A DNA stretch of 64,000 nucleotides from Candidatus Saccharimonadales bacterium (GCA_035534875.1 DATLRB010000013.1:5859-69858); one strand, 5' to 3'; positions 19,009-35,847 are shown, numbered from the stretch's first letter. Notes: generated by a model from the sequence alone, not told the origin. Translations and numbers: made by a program.

Positions 19009-19833
19009 TTACTTGTCCCGCCGGCGCACGATCATCCGATCGGTGCTCTTGTTGTGACGGGTGCGATAACCGAGCGCGGGCTTGCCCCATGGGGTCTGCG
19101 GGTTGCCACCCGCACCGCTCCGTCCCTCGCCACCGCCGTGAGGATGATCGAACGGGTTCATGGTCATGCCACGAACCGATGGGCGGATGCCCCGCCATCT
19201 CGACTTGCCGGCCTTGCCGACGACTTCGTTCTCGTGGTCGACATTGCCGACCTGCCCGATGGTCGCGCGACAGCGAACGTCGATGAGGCGGACCTCGCCG
19301 CTGGGCATGCGCACCTGCGCGTAGGCGCCCTCCTTGGCCAGCAACTGTGCGGCGGTTCCAGCGCTGCGCACCAGCTGACCGCCACGCCCGAGCTTGACCT
19401 CGAGGTTGTGAATGGTCGTTCCGAGGGGAATGTTCGTGATCGGCAGCGCGCAGCCGGGGCGGATCTCGGCACCGTCACCCGAGCTGACCATGTCACCCAC
19501 GCTGAGCCCGTGCGGCGAGAGGATGTAGCGCTTGTCGCCGTCCGCGTAGACGACGAGCGCGATGCGCGCGCTGCGGTTCGGGTCGTACTCGATCGTCTTC
19601 ACCTTGCCGGGCACGCCGTCCTTCTGGCGCTTGAAGTCGATGAGGCGATACGTCTTCTTGTGACCGCCACCCTGGTGACGCACGGTGATGCGCCCGGACG
19701 CGTTGCGTCCACTGTGCTTCTTGAGGTGCTCGACGAGCTGGCGCTGCGGCGCGCTCTTGGTGACACCCTCGAAGCTGCTCACCGACATGAATCGGCGGCC
19801 AGGGCTGGTTGGCTTGTATTTCTTCGTAGGCAT
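19009..19833 (-). CDS. rplB: 50S ribosomal protein L2
   Basis: 274 aa. [22 protein letters not shown]...[14 protein letters not shown]. Confidence 0.96.
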   Translation of the reverse strand: MPTKKYKPTSPGRRFMSVSSFEGVTKSAPQRQLVEHLKKHSGRNASGRITVRHQGGGHKKTYRLIDFKRQKDGVPGKVKTIEYDPNRSARIALVVYADGDKRYILSPHGLSVGDMVSSGDGAEIRPGCALPITNIPLGTTIHNLEVKLGRGGQLVRSAGTAAQLLAKEGAYAQVRMPSGEVRLIDVRCRATIGQVGNVDHENEVVGKAGKSRWRGIRPSVRGMTMNPFDHPHGGGEGRSGAGGNPQTPWGKPALGYRTRHNKSTDRMIVRRRDK

Positions 19834-19836
19834 CAG

Positions 19837-20157
19837 TTACACGCCTTCAAAGAGGCCTTCGATCTTCTGGCCCGCGCCGAGAGTCACGATTGCCTTCTTC
19901 CAGTCGGGGCTCTGACCGAGCACCCGCGTCTGCCCGCGCGAGCGGCGACGCTTCTTGCCACGCACATTGATCGTGTTGACGTCGATGACGGTGATCTTCT
20001 GGTCGGCGAAAGCCTCTTCGAGCGCTCGACGGATCTGGATCTTCGTCGCCGACGGATGGCAGCGGAACACATAGCGTCCGGACGCCATCGATGCGTATGA
20101 CTTCTCGCTGATGACCGGCAGGACGAGAACCTGCTCGAAGCTGCGGCCCGCGCTCAC
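19837..20157 (-). CDS. rplW: 50S ribosomal protein L23
   Basis: Position between rplD and rplB. VLPVISEKSYASM...KIQIRRALEEAF...KKAIVTL. Confidence 0.9.
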   Translation of the reverse strand: MSAGRSFEQVLVLPVISEKSYASMASGRYVFRCHPSATKIQIRRALEEAFADQKITVIDVNTINVRGKKRRRSRGQTRVLGQSPDWKKAIVTLGAGQKIEGLFEGV

Positions 20158-20777
20158 GCGAACGCCTCCTCGATGTGCTCGATGGCGTCGCGCGTGACGA
20201 TCACCGTGTCGGCACCGATGATGTCGCGCACCGACAGGTTGCCGGCGAGCGTCAACCGAACCTCGGGAATGTTGCGCGCGCTCTTCTCGAGCATCTCGTT
20301 GTGTGAACCGAGGACGACCAGGATCCTGCGGGGCGCGGCGACGGTGCGAATCAGGTCGGCGACTGCTTTGGTGCGGGGCGCCTCGAGCTCGAAGCCCTCG
20401 AGGACGAGCAGCCCGCCGTCCTGTGCCTTCGCCGAAAGTGCGCTGCGCAGGGCGAGCCGGCGCTGCTTGCGGGGCATGTCAATGCGGTAGGAGCGCGGAT
20501 GCGGCCCGAAGACGACACCGCCGCCTTCCCAGTGCGGGGCTCGCGTCGAGCCCTGGCGAGCGCGCCCGGTTCCCTTCTGACGCCAGGGCTTGCGACCGCC
20601 GCCACGGACATCGCTGCGAGTCTTCGTCGATGACGTGCCCTGACGGCCGTTGGCGAGCTGACGTATCAGCGCCTGGTGCATCACAGGCTCGTTCGGCTCG
20701 ATGCCGAAGATGGCCTCGGGAAGCTCGACACTACCGGTCTCGACACCGGCCTGGTCGACCACTCGAGCGGTGCTCAT
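20154..20777 (-). CDS. rplD: 50S ribosomal protein L4
   Basis: RQGTSSTKTRSDVRGGGRKPWRQKGTGRARQGSTRAPHWEGGGVVFGP. Confidence 0.93.
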   Translation of the reverse strand: MSTARVVDQAGVETGSVELPEAIFGIEPNEPVMHQALIRQLANGRQGTSSTKTRSDVRGGGRKPWRQKGTGRARQGSTRAPHWEGGGVVFGPHPRSYRIDMPRKQRRLALRSALSAKAQDGGLLVLEGFELEAPRTKAVADLIRTVAAPRRILVVLGSHNEMLEKSARNIPEVRLTLAGNLSVRDIIGADTVIVTRDAIEHIEEAFA

Positions 20778-21415
20778 GCCTGAGCTCCGATGGTCGCGGA
20801 GCGGTCGCTGTCCCGGATCATCACGACCTGGTTCTTGTGACCCGGAACCGACCCGTGCACGAGCAGGAGGTTGCGCTCCGTGTCAACGCGAACCACCTCG
20901 AGGTTGCGAACGGTCACCCGGGTCGCGCCGTGCTGGCCGGCCATCTTCAGGCCCTTGAACACGCGCGCGGCGTCGGTCGACCCGATCGAGCCCGCCTGCT
21001 TGATGTTGTGCGAGCCGTGGGACACGGGACCGCGGTGGAAATTGTGACGTTTGTGCTGTCCGGAAAATCCCTTGCCCTGGCTTACCCCGGTGACGTCGAT
21101 GCGCTGCCCGGCGGTGAACATCTCGACGCTGAGCCGCATGCCCACCGTGACGTCGCCGGGATCGCGCAACTCCTTCAGCCGCGACTGCGGTTGCAGCCCG
21201 GCACGCTTGAAGTGGCCGCGCATCGGCTTCGATGTGCGCTTCACGGCCTTGTCGCCGAAGCCGAGTTGCACGGCCTCGTATCCGTCGGTGCCGACGGTCT
21301 TGCGCTGCACGACGCGGCAGGTGTCCGCCTCGAGCACCGTCACCGGGACGGATGTTCCCTGCGGCGTGAAGATCTGGGTCATGCCCACCTTGCGGGCGAG
21401 AATGCCTTTGCTCAC
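20774..21415 (-). CDS. rplC: 50S ribosomal protein L3
   Basis: [13 protein letters not shown]...[26 protein letters not shown]. Confidence 0.95.
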   Translation of the reverse strand: MSKGILARKVGMTQIFTPQGTSVPVTVLEADTCRVVQRKTVGTDGYEAVQLGFGDKAVKRTSKPMRGHFKRAGLQPQSRLKELRDPGDVTVGMRLSVEMFTAGQRIDVTGVSQGKGFSGQHKRHNFHRGPVSHGSHNIKQAGSIGSTDAARVFKGLKMAGQHGATRVTVRNLEVVRVDTERNLLLVHGSVPGHKNQVVMIRDSDRSATIGAQA

Positions 21416-21717
21416 AGCTTGATCTCGATGTTGACGCCGCTCGGGAGGTTGAGGCGCATGAGCGCGTCCACGACCTTGGGGTTGGCGTCGAGGATGTCGA
21501 GGATCCGCTTATGGGTGCGCATCTCGAACTGCTCCCGAGAGTCCTTGTCGATGAACGGCGAGCGCACGACGGTGTACTTGTTGATGGTGGTGGGCAGGGG
21601 AACCGGTCCAGCGACACGCGTCCCCGTGCGCGTAGCCGTCTCGACGATCTTGGACGCGGCCTGGTCGAGGACGCGGTGATCGTATGCCTTGAGGCGGATG
21701 CGGATCTTCTGGGGCAC
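21412..21717 (-). CDS. rpsJ: 30S ribosomal protein S10
   Basis: [25 protein letters not shown]...[34 protein letters not shown] start. Confidence 0.95.
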   Translation of the reverse strand: MPQKIRIRLKAYDHRVLDQAASKIVETATRTGTRVAGPVPLPTTINKYTVVRSPFIDKDSREQFEMRTHKRILDILDANPKVVDALMRLNLPSGVNIEIKL

Positions 21718-21755
21718 GGTGTTCCTGTGGTTCCTCTGCTCTTCTTATCGAGTGT

Positions 21756-22946
21756 CTATTTGTCGATCGATGTGACAGCGCCGGCACCCACGGTCCGGCC
21801 GCCCTCGCGAATCGCGAAGCGCATGCCGTCCTCGACGGCGATCGGGGTGATCAGCTCGATACCCATCTCGACGTTGTCCCCGGGCATGCACATCTCCTGG
21901 CCGTCCGGGAGCGCGATGGTACCGGTCACGTCGGTGGTCCTGATGTAGAACTGCGGGCGGTATCCGGTGAAGAACGGCGTGTGCCGTCCACCCTCGTCCT
22001 TGCTCAGCACGTAGACCTGTGCCTTGAACTTGGTGTGCGGGGTGATGGTGCCGGGCTTGGCCAGCACCTGGCCACGCTCGACGTCCTCGCGCTTGATACC
22101 GCGAAGGAGGCATCCGACGTTCATTCCGGCCTCGCCCGCGTCCAGGAGCTTGTGGAACATCTCGACCCCGGTCACCGTCGACTTGACAGTGTCCTTGATG
22201 CCGACGATCTCCACCGCCTCGTTGACCTTGACGATGCCGCGGTCGATACGGCCGGTCACCACGGTGCCACGACCTTCGATCGAGAACACGTCTTCGATCG
22301 GCATCATGAACGGCTTGTCGACGGGACGCATCGGCACGGGGATATAGGTATCGACCGCTTCCATGAGCTTGAGCACACCGTCGACGGCGTCCTTGTCACC
22401 TTCGAGCGCCTTGAGCGCCGACACGCGAACCACGGGGATGTCGTCACCGGGAAAGTCGTAGCGACTGAGCAGCTCACGAACCTCGAGCTCGACGAGTTCG
22501 AGCAACTCCTCGTCGTCGACCGCATCGCACTTGTTGAGCGCAACGACGATGTACGGGACACCGACCTGACGCGCGAGCACGATGTGCTCCCGTGTCTGCG
22601 GCATAGGACCGTCCGTCGCCGCAACGACGAGGATCGCGCCGTCCATCTGCGCAGCGCCGGTGATCATGTTCTTGATGTAGTCGGCGTGACCGGGGCAGTC
22701 GACATGCGCGTAGTGGCGCGTCGCGGTCTCGTATTCGACGTGCGCGGTCGCGATCGTGATGCCGCGCGCCTTCTCTTCAGGAGCATTGTCGATCTTGTCG
22801 AACGCGACAAAGGCGTTATCGCCCCCGACGTTCTCGGAGAGGACCTTGGTGATCGCAGCCGTCAACGTCGTCTTGCCATGGTCGATGTGACCGATGGTTC
22901 CGACATTCACGTGTGGCTTGGTGCTCTGGTATTTCTTCTTGCCCAT
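21756..22946 (-). CDS. tuf: elongation factor Tu
   Basis: 396 aa. [27 protein letters not shown]. Confidence 0.98.
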   Translation of the reverse strand: MGKKKYQSTKPHVNVGTIGHIDHGKTTLTAAITKVLSENVGGDNAFVAFDKIDNAPEEKARGITIATAHVEYETATRHYAHVDCPGHADYIKNMITGAAQMDGAILVVAATDGPMPQTREHIVLARQVGVPYIVVALNKCDAVDDEELLELVELEVRELLSRYDFPGDDIPVVRVSALKALEGDKDAVDGVLKLMEAVDTYIPVPMRPVDKPFMMPIEDVFSIEGRGTVVTGRIDRGIVKVNEAVEIVGIKDTVKSTVTGVEMFHKLLDAGEAGMNVGCLLRGIKREDVERGQVLAKPGTITPHTKFKAQVYVLSKDEGGRHTPFFTGYRPQFYIRTTDVTGTIALPDGQEMCMPGDNVEMGIELITPIAVEDGMRFAIREGGRTVGAGAVTSIDK

Positions 22947-22988
22947 TTCGTGCCTCTACTGAACTCCTGCTCTCTCCGGTGGTCTCAA

Positions 22989-25076
22989 TTACACCCTGGA
23001 CTTGGCGACGAGCTCTTCGGCGAGACTCGCTGGAAGCTGCTGATAATGATGGAATTCCATGCTGTAGTTGGCCCTGCCCTGGGTCATGCTGCGCAGGTCC
23101 GTGGAATAGCCGAACATCGCCGACAGCGGGACTTCGGCGTGGACGATGTGCGATGTCGCGCGCCCTTCCATGCCGAGGATCTGCCCGCGACGTCCCGACA
23201 GATCACCCATCACGTCGCCCATGAACTCCTCCGGCATGAAGACGTCCACGCGCATGATCGGCTCGAGCAGCACCGGTTTCGCCTTGCGAACGCCGTCTTT
23301 GAAGCCCATCGAGCCGGCGATCGAAAAGGCCTGCTCTGACGAGTCGACGTCGTGGTACGAACCGTCGACAAGGGTCACCTTGACGTCGACGACCGGGTAG
23401 CCCGCGAGCACGCCGTTGGACAGCGAATCGGCGATGCCACGGCCCGTCGGCGCGATGTATTCCCGAGGGATCGTGCCGCCGGTGATCTTGCTCAGGAACT
23501 CGAATCCCTTGCCTGGATTGGGCTCGATCTCGAGTTCGACGTGACCGTACTGACCGTGGCCGCCGGACTGGCGCACGAAGCGACCGGTGCCGTGCGCCTT
23601 CGCCGTGACCGTCTCCCGGTACGACACCTGGGGCTTGCCGACCGTCGCGTCGACCTTGAACTCGCGAAGCATGCGGTCGACGATGATCTCGAGATGGAGC
23701 TCGCCCATTCCGGAGATGACCGTCTGTCCGGTCTCCTCATCGGTGCGAACGCGGAAGGTCGGGTCCTCCTCGGCGAGCTTCTGGAGCGCGATGCCCATCT
23801 TGTCCTGCTCAGCCTTGGTCTTGGGTTCGACTGCGACCGAGATGACCGGCTCGGGGAAGGTGATCTGCTCGAGGACGATCGGGTGTTTCTCGTCGCAGAG
23901 CGTGTCGCCGGTCGTGGTCTTGCGCAGACCGATGGCCGCGGCGATGTCGCCGGCGCGCACTTCCTCGATCTCCTCGCGGTGGTTCGCGTGCATCTGGAGC
24001 AGGCGCCCGACGCGCTCGCGCTCACCCTTGGTGGCGTTGTAGACGTATGAGCCACTCCGCAGCACGCCGCTGTAGACGCGGAAGAAGGTCAGCTTGCCGA
24101 CGAAGGGATCCGTTGCGATCTTGAAGGCGAGCGCCGCGAACGGCTCACTGTCGCTGGCGTTGCGGATCGCGGCCGGCTCCCCTTCCACAGCGGCACCCTC
24201 AACCGACGGCCGGTCGAGCGGTGAGGGAAGGAAGTCCACAACCGCGTCGAGCATCGGCTGGACACCCTTGTTCTTGAGCGCCGAACCGCAGAGGACCGGG
24301 ACGAGCTTGGTACCCACGGTGCCGGCGCGAAGACCGCGAATGATCTCGGCGGTGGTCAGAGTCTCGCCGTCGAGGTACTTGATCATCAGCTCGTCGTCGG
24401 ACTCGGCGACGGCCTCGAGCAGGTCGTGCCGGTATTGGGCGACGAGCTCACGCATCGACTCCGGGATCTCCGACCGCCGAAGGCTCGTGCCGAGGTCGTC
24501 CGTGTAGACGATGGCTTCCTCGGTGACGAGGTCGACCATTCCCCTGAACTCCGACTCGGCGCCGATGGGGAGCTGGATGGGCACAGCGTGCGCGCCGAGC
24601 CGGTCCTTGATCGAAGTCACGGCCGCGTAGAAGTTCGCGCCGATCCGGTCCATCTTGTTGATGAAGCAGATGCGCGGCACCTCGTAGCGATCAGCCTGGC
24701 GCCACACGGTCTCCGACTGGGGCTCGACCCCCGCGACGGCGTCAAAGACCGCCACGGCGCCGTCGAGGACGCGAAGGCTCCGCTCCACCTCGACAGTGAA
24801 GTCCACGTGCCCGGGCGTATCGATTATGTTGATACGGTGGCCGCGCCATTCGGCAGCAGTTGCGGCCGAGGTGATCGTGATCCCACGCTCCTGCTCCTGG
24901 ACCATCCAATCCATGGTCGCGGCGCCCTCGTGAACCTCGCCCATCTTGTGGATGCGCCCCGTGTAGAAGAGGACGCGCTCGGTCGTCGTGGTCTTGCCCG
25001 CGTCGATGTGGGCCATGATCCCGATGTTCCGGGTCTTCTCGAGAGGGAACGCGCGCGCCGCCACTGCAACCGCCAT
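22989..25076 (-). CDS. fusA: elongation factor G
   Basis: [33 protein letters not shown]... The ATG at 25076 lies 1 nt after the rpsG stop. The 90-codon upstream extension of the ORF overlaps rpsG and was rejected. Confidence 0.97.
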   Translation of the reverse strand: MAVAVAARAFPLEKTRNIGIMAHIDAGKTTTTERVLFYTGRIHKMGEVHEGAATMDWMVQEQERGITITSAATAAEWRGHRINIIDTPGHVDFTVEVERSLRVLDGAVAVFDAVAGVEPQSETVWRQADRYEVPRICFINKMDRIGANFYAAVTSIKDRLGAHAVPIQLPIGAESEFRGMVDLVTEEAIVYTDDLGTSLRRSEIPESMRELVAQYRHDLLEAVAESDDELMIKYLDGETLTTAEIIRGLRAGTVGTKLVPVLCGSALKNKGVQPMLDAVVDFLPSPLDRPSVEGAAVEGEPAAIRNASDSEPFAALAFKIATDPFVGKLTFFRVYSGVLRSGSYVYNATKGERERVGRLLQMHANHREEIEEVRAGDIAAAIGLRKTTTGDTLCDEKHPIVLEQITFPEPVISVAVEPKTKAEQDKMGIALQKLAEEDPTFRVRTDEETGQTVISGMGELHLEIIVDRMLREFKVDATVGKPQVSYRETVTAKAHGTGRFVRQSGGHGQYGHVELEIEPNPGKGFEFLSKITGGTIPREYIAPTGRGIADSLSNGVLAGYPVVDVKVTLVDGSYHDVDSSEQAFSIAGSMGFKDGVRKAKPVLLEPIMRVDVFMPEEFMGDVMGDLSGRRGQILGMEGRATSHIVHAEVPLSAMFGYSTDLRSMTQGRANYSMEFHHYQQLPASLAEELVAKSRV

Positions 25077-25077
25077 G

Positions 25078-25548
25078 TCAGTACCGGAAGTGCGAGAAGG
25101 CTTTGTTCGACTCGGCCATCTTGTGGGTGTCTTCCTTCCGCTTGATCGACGCTCCCACTCCGTTGGCGGCGTCCATGAGCTCGCCGGCGAGCTTCTCGGA
25201 CATGCTCTTGCCACCGCGGCCCCGCGCATAGCGGATGATCCAGCGCCTCGCGAGCGCCTGGCGACGGTCGTGGCGGATCTCCACAGGCACCTGGTAGGTG
25301 GCGCCGCCGACCCGCTTCGGCTTGACCTCGAGGATGGGCGTGACATTGCGGATGGCCTGGTCGAAGACGTCGAGGGGCTCCTTGCGCGAGGAGCGCCGGA
25401 TCTTCTCGAACGAGTCGTAGACGATCTTCTCGGCGATGCTCTTCTTACCGGCGAGCATGATGCAGTTCACAAACTTCGCCAGCCCCACGCTCCCGTAGAT
25501 CGGGTCGGGCAGGATGACGCGTTTCTGAACGCGGGCACGACGTGGCAT
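25078..25548 (-). CDS. rpsG: 30S ribosomal protein S7
   Basis: [20 protein letters not shown]...[20 protein letters not shown]. Confidence 0.96.
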   Translation of the reverse strand: MPRRARVQKRVILPDPIYGSVGLAKFVNCIMLAGKKSIAEKIVYDSFEKIRRSSRKEPLDVFDQAIRNVTPILEVKPKRVGGATYQVPVEIRHDRRQALARRWIIRYARGRGGKSMSEKLAGELMDAANGVGASIKRKEDTHKMAESNKAFSHFRY

Positions 25549-25554
25549 CTGTGG

Positions 25555-25935
<381 letters not shown>

Positions 25936-26015
25936 GACCGTCCGATTATTGAGAATTGCGCTCTGCCACGAAACAGCGCGCGCGAATACGAGGAAGGCTC
26001 GTGGAGCGAAGCGAA

Positions 26016-26045
26016 AGCCTACCAGACGTTGAGTTCACACGTCAA
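26016..26045 (-). promoter_or_regulatory. candidate promoter for rpsL-rpsG-fusA-tuf operon
   Basis: Minus strand reads TTGACG-N18-TAGGCT, about 80 nt upstream of the rpsL GTG. Confidence 0.3.
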
Positions 26046-26248
26046 ACTGCAGTACCAGCCGTCACACCGGGGCCTCACGACCTCGCGGCCCGTGCCCGCG
26101 ACAAGCGGGCAGCGCCTGCTACGCTGTCGCTCTTCCAGAAGACGACACGCCGTCGTCCGATCGCCGAAGACCGCAGGCGCGGGACCCGTCCCGCTCAATC
26201 TCCTGCGCAGGTGGGCAGGGCTGCCGGATCGCGCCAAGCAGCGCGCGC

Positions 26249-26287
26249 CGGTGCCGTGATCCCTCCATCGGCGGAGGCACGGCACCG
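26249..26287 (+). promoter_or_regulatory. rplJ leader stem-loop (possible L10/L12 autoregulatory or attenuator element)
   Basis: CGGTGCCGTG (26249-26258) pairs perfectly with CACGGCACCG (26278-26287). An inner CCTCC/GGAGG stem is also present. The hairpin ends 2 nt before the GGAGG Shine-Dalgarno of rplJ. Confidence 0.35.
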
Positions 26288-26299
26288 ACGGAGGCAGCA

Positions 26300-26854
26300 A
26301 TGGCACCAGGCACCAGCGGCAAGCCCCAGGTGACGCGGGCAGGCTCGCGCAAGGTCGCGTCCGTGAACCACGTGACCGAGATGCTCTCGCGAGCCACCTC
26401 GGCGGTGGTCACCGACTACCGCGGACTCACCGTCCGGCAGCTCGAGGATCTCCGAGGGCGCCTCCGTGCGGAAGGCATCGACTACATCGTCGTCAAGAAC
26501 ACGCTCGCCAGGCGTGCGGCCGTGGATGCCGGGGTCGCCGGCTTTGCCGATGTCCTGACCGGCCCCGTCGGCCTGGCAATCGGTTACGGAGACCTCTCCG
26601 CTCCCGCCCGAATTCTGTTCGACCACTTCCGCGCGACCCGGACGCTGCCGCTCGTCGCCGGGCTCGCGGAGGGCCAGGTCCTCGACGGGAACGACGTGCG
26701 GACGCTGGCCGAGCTGCCGTCGCGAGATGTGCTCCTCAGCCGTCTCGCCGCAGCCCTCCTCGGGCCGCTCTCCGCGCTCGCCGCCGCACTGGACGCGCCT
26801 CTTTCCACGCTCGCGGCGACCCTCGAGGCCTACCGCGACAAGCTCGCCGCCTAG
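26300..26854 (+). CDS. rplJ: 50S ribosomal protein L10
   Basis: [38 protein letters not shown]. Directly precedes rplL. Confidence 0.9.
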   Translation: MAPGTSGKPQVTRAGSRKVASVNHVTEMLSRATSAVVTDYRGLTVRQLEDLRGRLRAEGIDYIVVKNTLARRAAVDAGVAGFADVLTGPVGLAIGYGDLSAPARILFDHFRATRTLPLVAGLAEGQVLDGNDVRTLAELPSRDVLLSRLAAALLGPLSALAAALDAPLSTLAATLEAYRDKLAA

Positions 26855-26910
26855 CCGGCGCCACCCGATCAGGTTCGAAGAGCAGTTTCAAGATCTATAA
26901 AGGAGAACCA

Positions 26911-27297
26911 ATGGCCACAAAGTCACTCACCCCTGAGGAGTTCGTCGACGCGTTGGAGACCTGGACCGTCCTCGACGTCGTCAATGCCGTGAAACTCATG
27001 GAAGACAAACTCGGCATCAAGGCAGCCGCTCCGGTCGCCGCTGCCGCCGCCCCATCCGCGGCCGCTGACACCCCCGTCGAGGAGCAGACCGAGTTCGCGG
27101 TGATCCTCACCCACCCCGGCGACGCCAAGATCAACGTCATCAAGGCGGTCCGCGAGATCACGGGGCTTGGCCTCAAGGAGGCGAAGGATCTGGTCGACGC
27201 GGCTCCCAAGGCGATTCGCGAAGGGATCCCGAGGGCCGAAGCCGACGGCCACAAGGCAAAGCTCGAGGAGGCCGGCGCCACCGTCGAGATCAAATAG
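26911..27297 (+). CDS. rplL: 50S ribosomal protein L7/L12
   Basis: Ala-rich hinge followed by [23 protein letters not shown]...[13 protein letters not shown]. Confidence 0.95.
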   Translation: MATKSLTPEEFVDALETWTVLDVVNAVKLMEDKLGIKAAAPVAAAAAPSAAADTPVEEQTEFAVILTHPGDAKINVIKAVREITGLGLKEAKDLVDAAPKAIREGIPRAEADGHKAKLEEAGATVEIK

Positions 27298-27389
27298 GAC
27301 AGCTCGACCCAAACCTGTCCAGGCGGTCCGGCACGAGCCGGACGCCTCGGAGCCTTCGCGTCCTCTACAATCCCGGTCCCGGGTTCGAG

Positions 27390-27451
27390 CCCGTGCGCAA
27401 GCGCGTCAAGTGGTTCGAACGGGCGCCGAAGGCCGTTGTGCGCGGGTTTTT
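27390..27451 (+). terminator. candidate rplL-rpoB intergenic attenuator/terminator
   Basis: CCCGTGCGCAA (27390-27400) pairs with TTGTGCGCGGG (27436-27446): 11 bp including 2 G-U pairs. TTTTT follows at 27447-27451. The 35-nt loop is large, so the structure is uncertain. Confidence 0.35.
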
Positions 27452-27521
27452 GCTACGATACGGGATTGTGCCCGTCGCCGCGCGTGCCCGCGCGCATTCC
27501 TTCTCGGGGGAACTCTAGCAT

Positions 27522-30500
27522 ATGGTGCTTTCTCTTTCCACTACTGCCGCCCGCAAGTCGTACGGCCAGATTGCAGACAAGCTCGAGGTCGGAAACCTGA
27601 TCCAGACCCAGCTTGATTCATTCGAGTGGTTCAAGAGAGAAGGTCTCCGGGAGCTGTTCAACGAGATCAACCCGATCACGGACTACACCGGAAAGAACTA
27701 CGAGCTGCGCTTCCTCGACTACGAGTTCGGCGAGCCGAAGTACGACGAAGAGGATTGCCGCCAGCGGGATATGACCTTCTCCGCCCCCCTTCGGATCCAG
27801 ACCCGGCTGCACATCAAAACCGGCGAGAACGCCGGTGAGATCAAGGAAGCCGAGGTCTTCATGGGCGATTTCGCGATGATGACCGGCGAGGGAACCTTCA
27901 TCGTGAACGGCACCGAGCGGGTCGTGGTCTCCCAGCTCGTCCGCTCGCCCGGCGTGTACTTCACCGCCGCCGAGGACCGCACCACCGGCCGCCTGCTCTA
28001 CGCCGCCAAGTTGATCCCCAACCGCGGCGCCTGGCTCGAGGTCGAGACGTCGAGCAAGGACGTGCTCACCGTCAAGATCGACCGCAAGCGCAAGGTCCCG
28101 GTCACCACGCTGGTGCGCGCCATCGGCTATGCGAGCAACGACGATATCCGCGCCTTCTTCGCGGACGTCGACGAGGACCCGGAGCACCAGTACATCGCGG
28201 CAACCCTCGAGAAGGACGGCAGCACGAGCGTCGAGGAGGCGCTCGTCGAGCTGTACCGGAAGATCCGTCCGGGCGATCCCCCAACGGTGGAGAACGCTCG
28301 CAACCTGCTCAACTCGCTGTTCTTCAACGCCCGCCGATTCGACCTTTCCAAGGTCGGCCGCTTCAAGCTCGACAAGAACCTCGGGATCAGCGAGGAAGAG
28401 GCGCGCGAGCGTGCCTGGGACAAGGATCGGCGCGTCCTCGACAACCAGGACTTCGTGTCGATCATCCGCAAGGTCATCCAGCTCAACAACGGCCACGGTG
28501 AGGCGGACGACATCGACCACCTCGGCAACCGTCGTGTGCGCGCCGTCGGCGAACTGCTCCAGAACCAGTTTCGCATGGGGCTGATCCGCATGGAGCGGAT
28601 CATCAAGGAGCGCATGACCATCAGCGATTCGGGGACGATCACGTCCGCGAGCCTGATCAACGCGCGACCGGTGGTCGCCGCCATCAAGGAGTTCTTCGGG
28701 TCCAGCCAGTTGTCGCAGTTCATGGATCAGACCAACCCGCTCGCCGAGCTGACCCACAAGCGCCGCCTGTCGGCACTCGGGCCCGGTGGGCTGTCCCGGG
28801 AGCGGGCGGGGTTCGATGTGCGCGACGTGCACCAGAGCCACTACGGCCGCATCTGCCCGATCGAGACCCCGGAGGGTCCGAACATCGGCCTGATCGGTTC
28901 GCTCGCGACCTTTGCACGGGTCAACGAGTTCGGCTTCATCGAGACGCCCTTCCGTCGCGTGTACAAGGACGAGAAGGGGACGCCCTGGGTGAGCGACGAG
29001 GTCGTGTTTCTTTCCGCCGACGAGGAGGACAAGTACACCGTCGCGCAGGCCAACGCGCCCGTCGACGACAAGGGTCACTTCGCGGTGGCGCACGTCGCCT
29101 GCCGCACCCGGCACACGTTCAAGGACCTGCCGATCGGCGACGTCGACTACATGGACGTGTCACCGAAGCAGATCGTCAGCGTCGCCACGGCGTTGATTCC
29201 GTTCCTCGAGCACGACGATGCAAACCGCGCGCTCATGGGATCGAACATGCAGAAGCAGGCTGTGCCGCTGCTGGTTACCGAGTCGCCGATCGTCGGCACT
29301 GGCATGGAGATCCACGCCGCGCGCAACTCGGGCGAGATGGTGCTGGCACGCAAGCCCGGAACCGTTGTCGGCGTTGCCTGGCCGGAGCCGGCCGACAACG
29401 ACCGCTCGGTCGAGAAGATTCGCAGCGGACAGGACAGCGGCATGGGCATCCTCGTGCGTCCTGACGACGGTGGTCCCGACCAGTGGTACGGCGTCCACAA
29501 GTTCGTGCGCAGCAACCAGGGGACGTGCCTGTCGCAGCGCATCACGGTCTTCAGCGGCACCCGCGTGGCCGCCGGTGACGTGCTCGCCGACGGTCCGTCG
29601 ACCGACGGCGGCGAGCTTGCCCTGGGCAGGAACCTGCTGGTCGCGTTCATGCCCTGGGAGGGCTACAACTTCGAGGACGCCATCCTCATCAGCGAAAGCG
29701 TCGTGCGCGAGGACACGTTCACCTCGATCCACATCGAGGAGTTCGAGATCGAGGCGCGCGACACCAAGCTCGGTGCCGAGGAGATCACCCGCGATCTTCC
29801 CAACATCAATGAGGAGTCACTGAAGAACCTCAACGAGCGCGGCATCATCTACGTCGGCGCCGAGGTGCATCCCGGTGACATCCTCGTGGGCAAGATCACG
29901 CCCAAGGGTGAATCCGAGCTGTCCGCGGAGGAGCGCCTGCTGCGCGCCATCTTCGGCGAGAAGGCCCGTGAGGTGCGTGACTCGTCGCTGCGCGTCCCGC
30001 ACGGCGAGCGCGGCATCGTGGTCGACGTCAAGGTCTTCAGTCGCGAGAGCAACCACGAGCTCCCCCCGGGTGTCAACGAGCTGGTGCGCGTCTACGTCGC
30101 GCAGAAGCGAAAGATCGCCCAGGGCGACAAGATGGCGGGGCGCCACGGCAACAAGGGCGTCGTCGCCCGGATCATGCCGATCGAAGACATGCCGTACCTG
30201 CCGGACGGAACGCCTGTGGAGATCGTGCTCAACCCGCTCGGTGTGCCGAGCCGCATGAACCTCGGACAGGTCCTCGAAACCCATCTCGGGTACGCGGCCC
30301 ACGCGCTCGGGCTCAAGGTCGCGTCGCCGGTCTTCGACGGTGCGTCGGAAGAGCTCATCGAAAGCGAGCTGGCGCGTGCGGGACTGCCGAGCACCGGGAA
30401 GGAGCGTCTGCGTGACGGGCGCACCGGCGAATTCTTCGACCGCGAGGTCACCGTCGGGTACATCTACATGCTCAAGCTGCATCACCTCGTCGAGGACAAG

Positions 30501-30908
30501 ATCCATGCACGCAGCACGGGTCCCTACTCGCTTGTCACGCAGCAGCCGTTGGGTGGCAAGGCGCAGTTCGGCGGCCAGCGATTCGGCGAGATGGAGGTCT
30601 GGGCGCTCGAGGCCTACGGCGCGAGCCACATCCTCCAGGAGATCCTCACCGTCAAGAGCGACGACATCGTCGGCCGCGTCAAGGCATACGAGGCGATCGT
30701 GAAGGGCGAGAACACGCTTGAAGCCGGCATCCCGGAATCGTTCCGTGTGCTGGTCAAAGAGCTGGAGGGCCTCGCGCTCGGTGTGGAGATCCAGTCCGAC
30801 GACGAGCACCAGATCCTCCTCGGTGAGGAGGACATCCCCGACATCCCACTCGATCTCGGTATCCACCTCGAGCGCGACGAGCGCGACGACGTGGACGACA
30901 TTCGATAG
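27522..30908 (+). CDS. rpoB: DNA-directed RNA polymerase subunit beta
   Basis: 1128 aa. Conserved blocks include [33 protein letters not shown] and [14 protein letters not shown]. Confidence 0.98.
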   Translation: MVLSLSTTAARKSYGQIADKLEVGNLIQTQLDSFEWFKREGLRELFNEINPITDYTGKNYELRFLDYEFGEPKYDEEDCRQRDMTFSAPLRIQTRLHIKTGENAGEIKEAEVFMGDFAMMTGEGTFIVNGTERVVVSQLVRSPGVYFTAAEDRTTGRLLYAAKLIPNRGAWLEVETSSKDVLTVKIDRKRKVPVTTLVRAIGYASNDDIRAFFADVDEDPEHQYIAATLEKDGSTSVEEALVELYRKIRPGDPPTVENARNLLNSLFFNARRFDLSKVGRFKLDKNLGISEEEARERAWDKDRRVLDNQDFVSIIRKVIQLNNGHGEADDIDHLGNRRVRAVGELLQNQFRMGLIRMERIIKERMTISDSGTITSASLINARPVVAAIKEFFGSSQLSQFMDQTNPLAELTHKRRLSALGPGGLSRERAGFDVRDVHQSHYGRICPIETPEGPNIGLIGSLATFARVNEFGFIETPFRRVYKDEKGTPWVSDEVVFLSADEEDKYTVAQANAPVDDKGHFAVAHVACRTRHTFKDLPIGDVDYMDVSPKQIVSVATALIPFLEHDDANRALMGSNMQKQAVPLLVTESPIVGTGMEIHAARNSGEMVLARKPGTVVGVAWPEPADNDRSVEKIRSGQDSGMGILVRPDDGGPDQWYGVHKFVRSNQGTCLSQRITVFSGTRVAAGDVLADGPSTDGGELALGRNLLVAFMPWEGYNFEDAILISESVVREDTFTSIHIEEFEIEARDTKLGAEEITRDLPNINEESLKNLNERGIIYVGAEVHPGDILVGKITPKGESELSAEERLLRAIFGEKAREVRDSSLRVPHGERGIVVDVKVFSRESNHELPPGVNELVRVYVAQKRKIAQGDKMAGRHGNKGVVARIMPIEDMPYLPDGTPVEIVLNPLGVPSRMNLGQVLETHLGYAAHALGLKVASPVFDGASEELIESELARAGLPSTGKERLRDGRTGEFFDREVTVGYIYMLKLHHLVEDKIHARSTGPYSLVTQQPLGGKAQFGGQRFGEMEVWALEAYGASHILQEILTVKSDDIVGRVKAYEAIVKGENTLEAGIPESFRVLVKELEGLALGVEIQSDDEHQILLGEEDIPDIPLDLGIHLERDERDDVDDIR

Positions 30909-30932
30909 CAGCAATCGGTAGTTAGGACACAC

Positions 30933-35303
<4,371 letters not shown>

Positions 35304-35330
35304 ACGGGACCGACACCACGCACCAGCACG

Positions 35331-35370
35331 CACGATCCGGTGACGGCTTCACGGCTGTTACCGGATCGTG
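35331..35370 (+). terminator. stem-loop downstream of rpoC (putative operon terminator, no U-tract)
   Basis: Perfect 11-bp stem CACGATCCGGT / ACCGGATCGTG with an 18-nt loop, 28 nt after the rpoC TAG. Confidence 0.45.
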
Positions 35371-35407
35371 AACTGTTGCGTTGCAGGCGGGGGCTAGGCT
35401 TGGCCCG

Positions 35408-35731
35408 ATGCTCCTTCTCCTCGCGGCGGCTGCGCACGTCGCCAAATCCAGCTCGATCCCGGGAGACGTCTACCTCGCAGCAACCGGAGCTCTGGTGTGC
35501 TGGGTGGTCGTCTACCTCATCTACAAGGTGGTAATGACGGGCCGAAAGGATTTCGGCATGCCGGTCAGGCGCCGCCTGCTCTGCAAGCGTCTCCGTGTCG
35601 ATCATGACCAGAGCGCCGAGGTGCCGATCTGGTGGACCGACCTCCAGGTGCAGCGCGCAGTCCGTGCGCACTGGCGGCACACGCTCCGGCTGCCCTTTGG
35701 GACGGCCCCGGAGGCGCGGCCTCAGTTGTAG
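35408..35731 (+). CDS. hypothetical small membrane protein
   Basis: GC3-rich frame with two hydrophobic segments (MLLLLAAAAHV..., ATGALVCWVVVYLIYKVV). No homology recognised. The alternative TTG at 35381 is possible. Confidence 0.3.
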   Translation: MLLLLAAAAHVAKSSSIPGDVYLAATGALVCWVVVYLIYKVVMTGRKDFGMPVRRRLLCKRLRVDHDQSAEVPIWWTDLQVQRAVRAHWRHTLRLPFGTAPEARPQL

Positions 35732-35847
35732 CGGTCTCGCACAGGCGTGTGACGGGGACCTCCGAATCGATCTGATCAGGGACGATGACCGCCTGCTCGC
35801 GATCGATCACGGGCTCACAGAGAGCATGACGCGGAGGTAGTCGCCAC

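Noticed and set aside
25077-25346. 90-codon upstream extension of the fusA ORF
   Set aside because: It overlaps rpsG. EF-G homology starts at [30 protein letters not shown], immediately after the rpsG stop.
27371-27420. tRNA T-arm-like strings (GGGTTCGAGCCC and GGTTCGAAC) in the rplL-rpoB spacer
   Set aside because: I could not build an acceptor stem, D-arm or anticodon arm around them. They are probably just part of the leader or attenuator structure.
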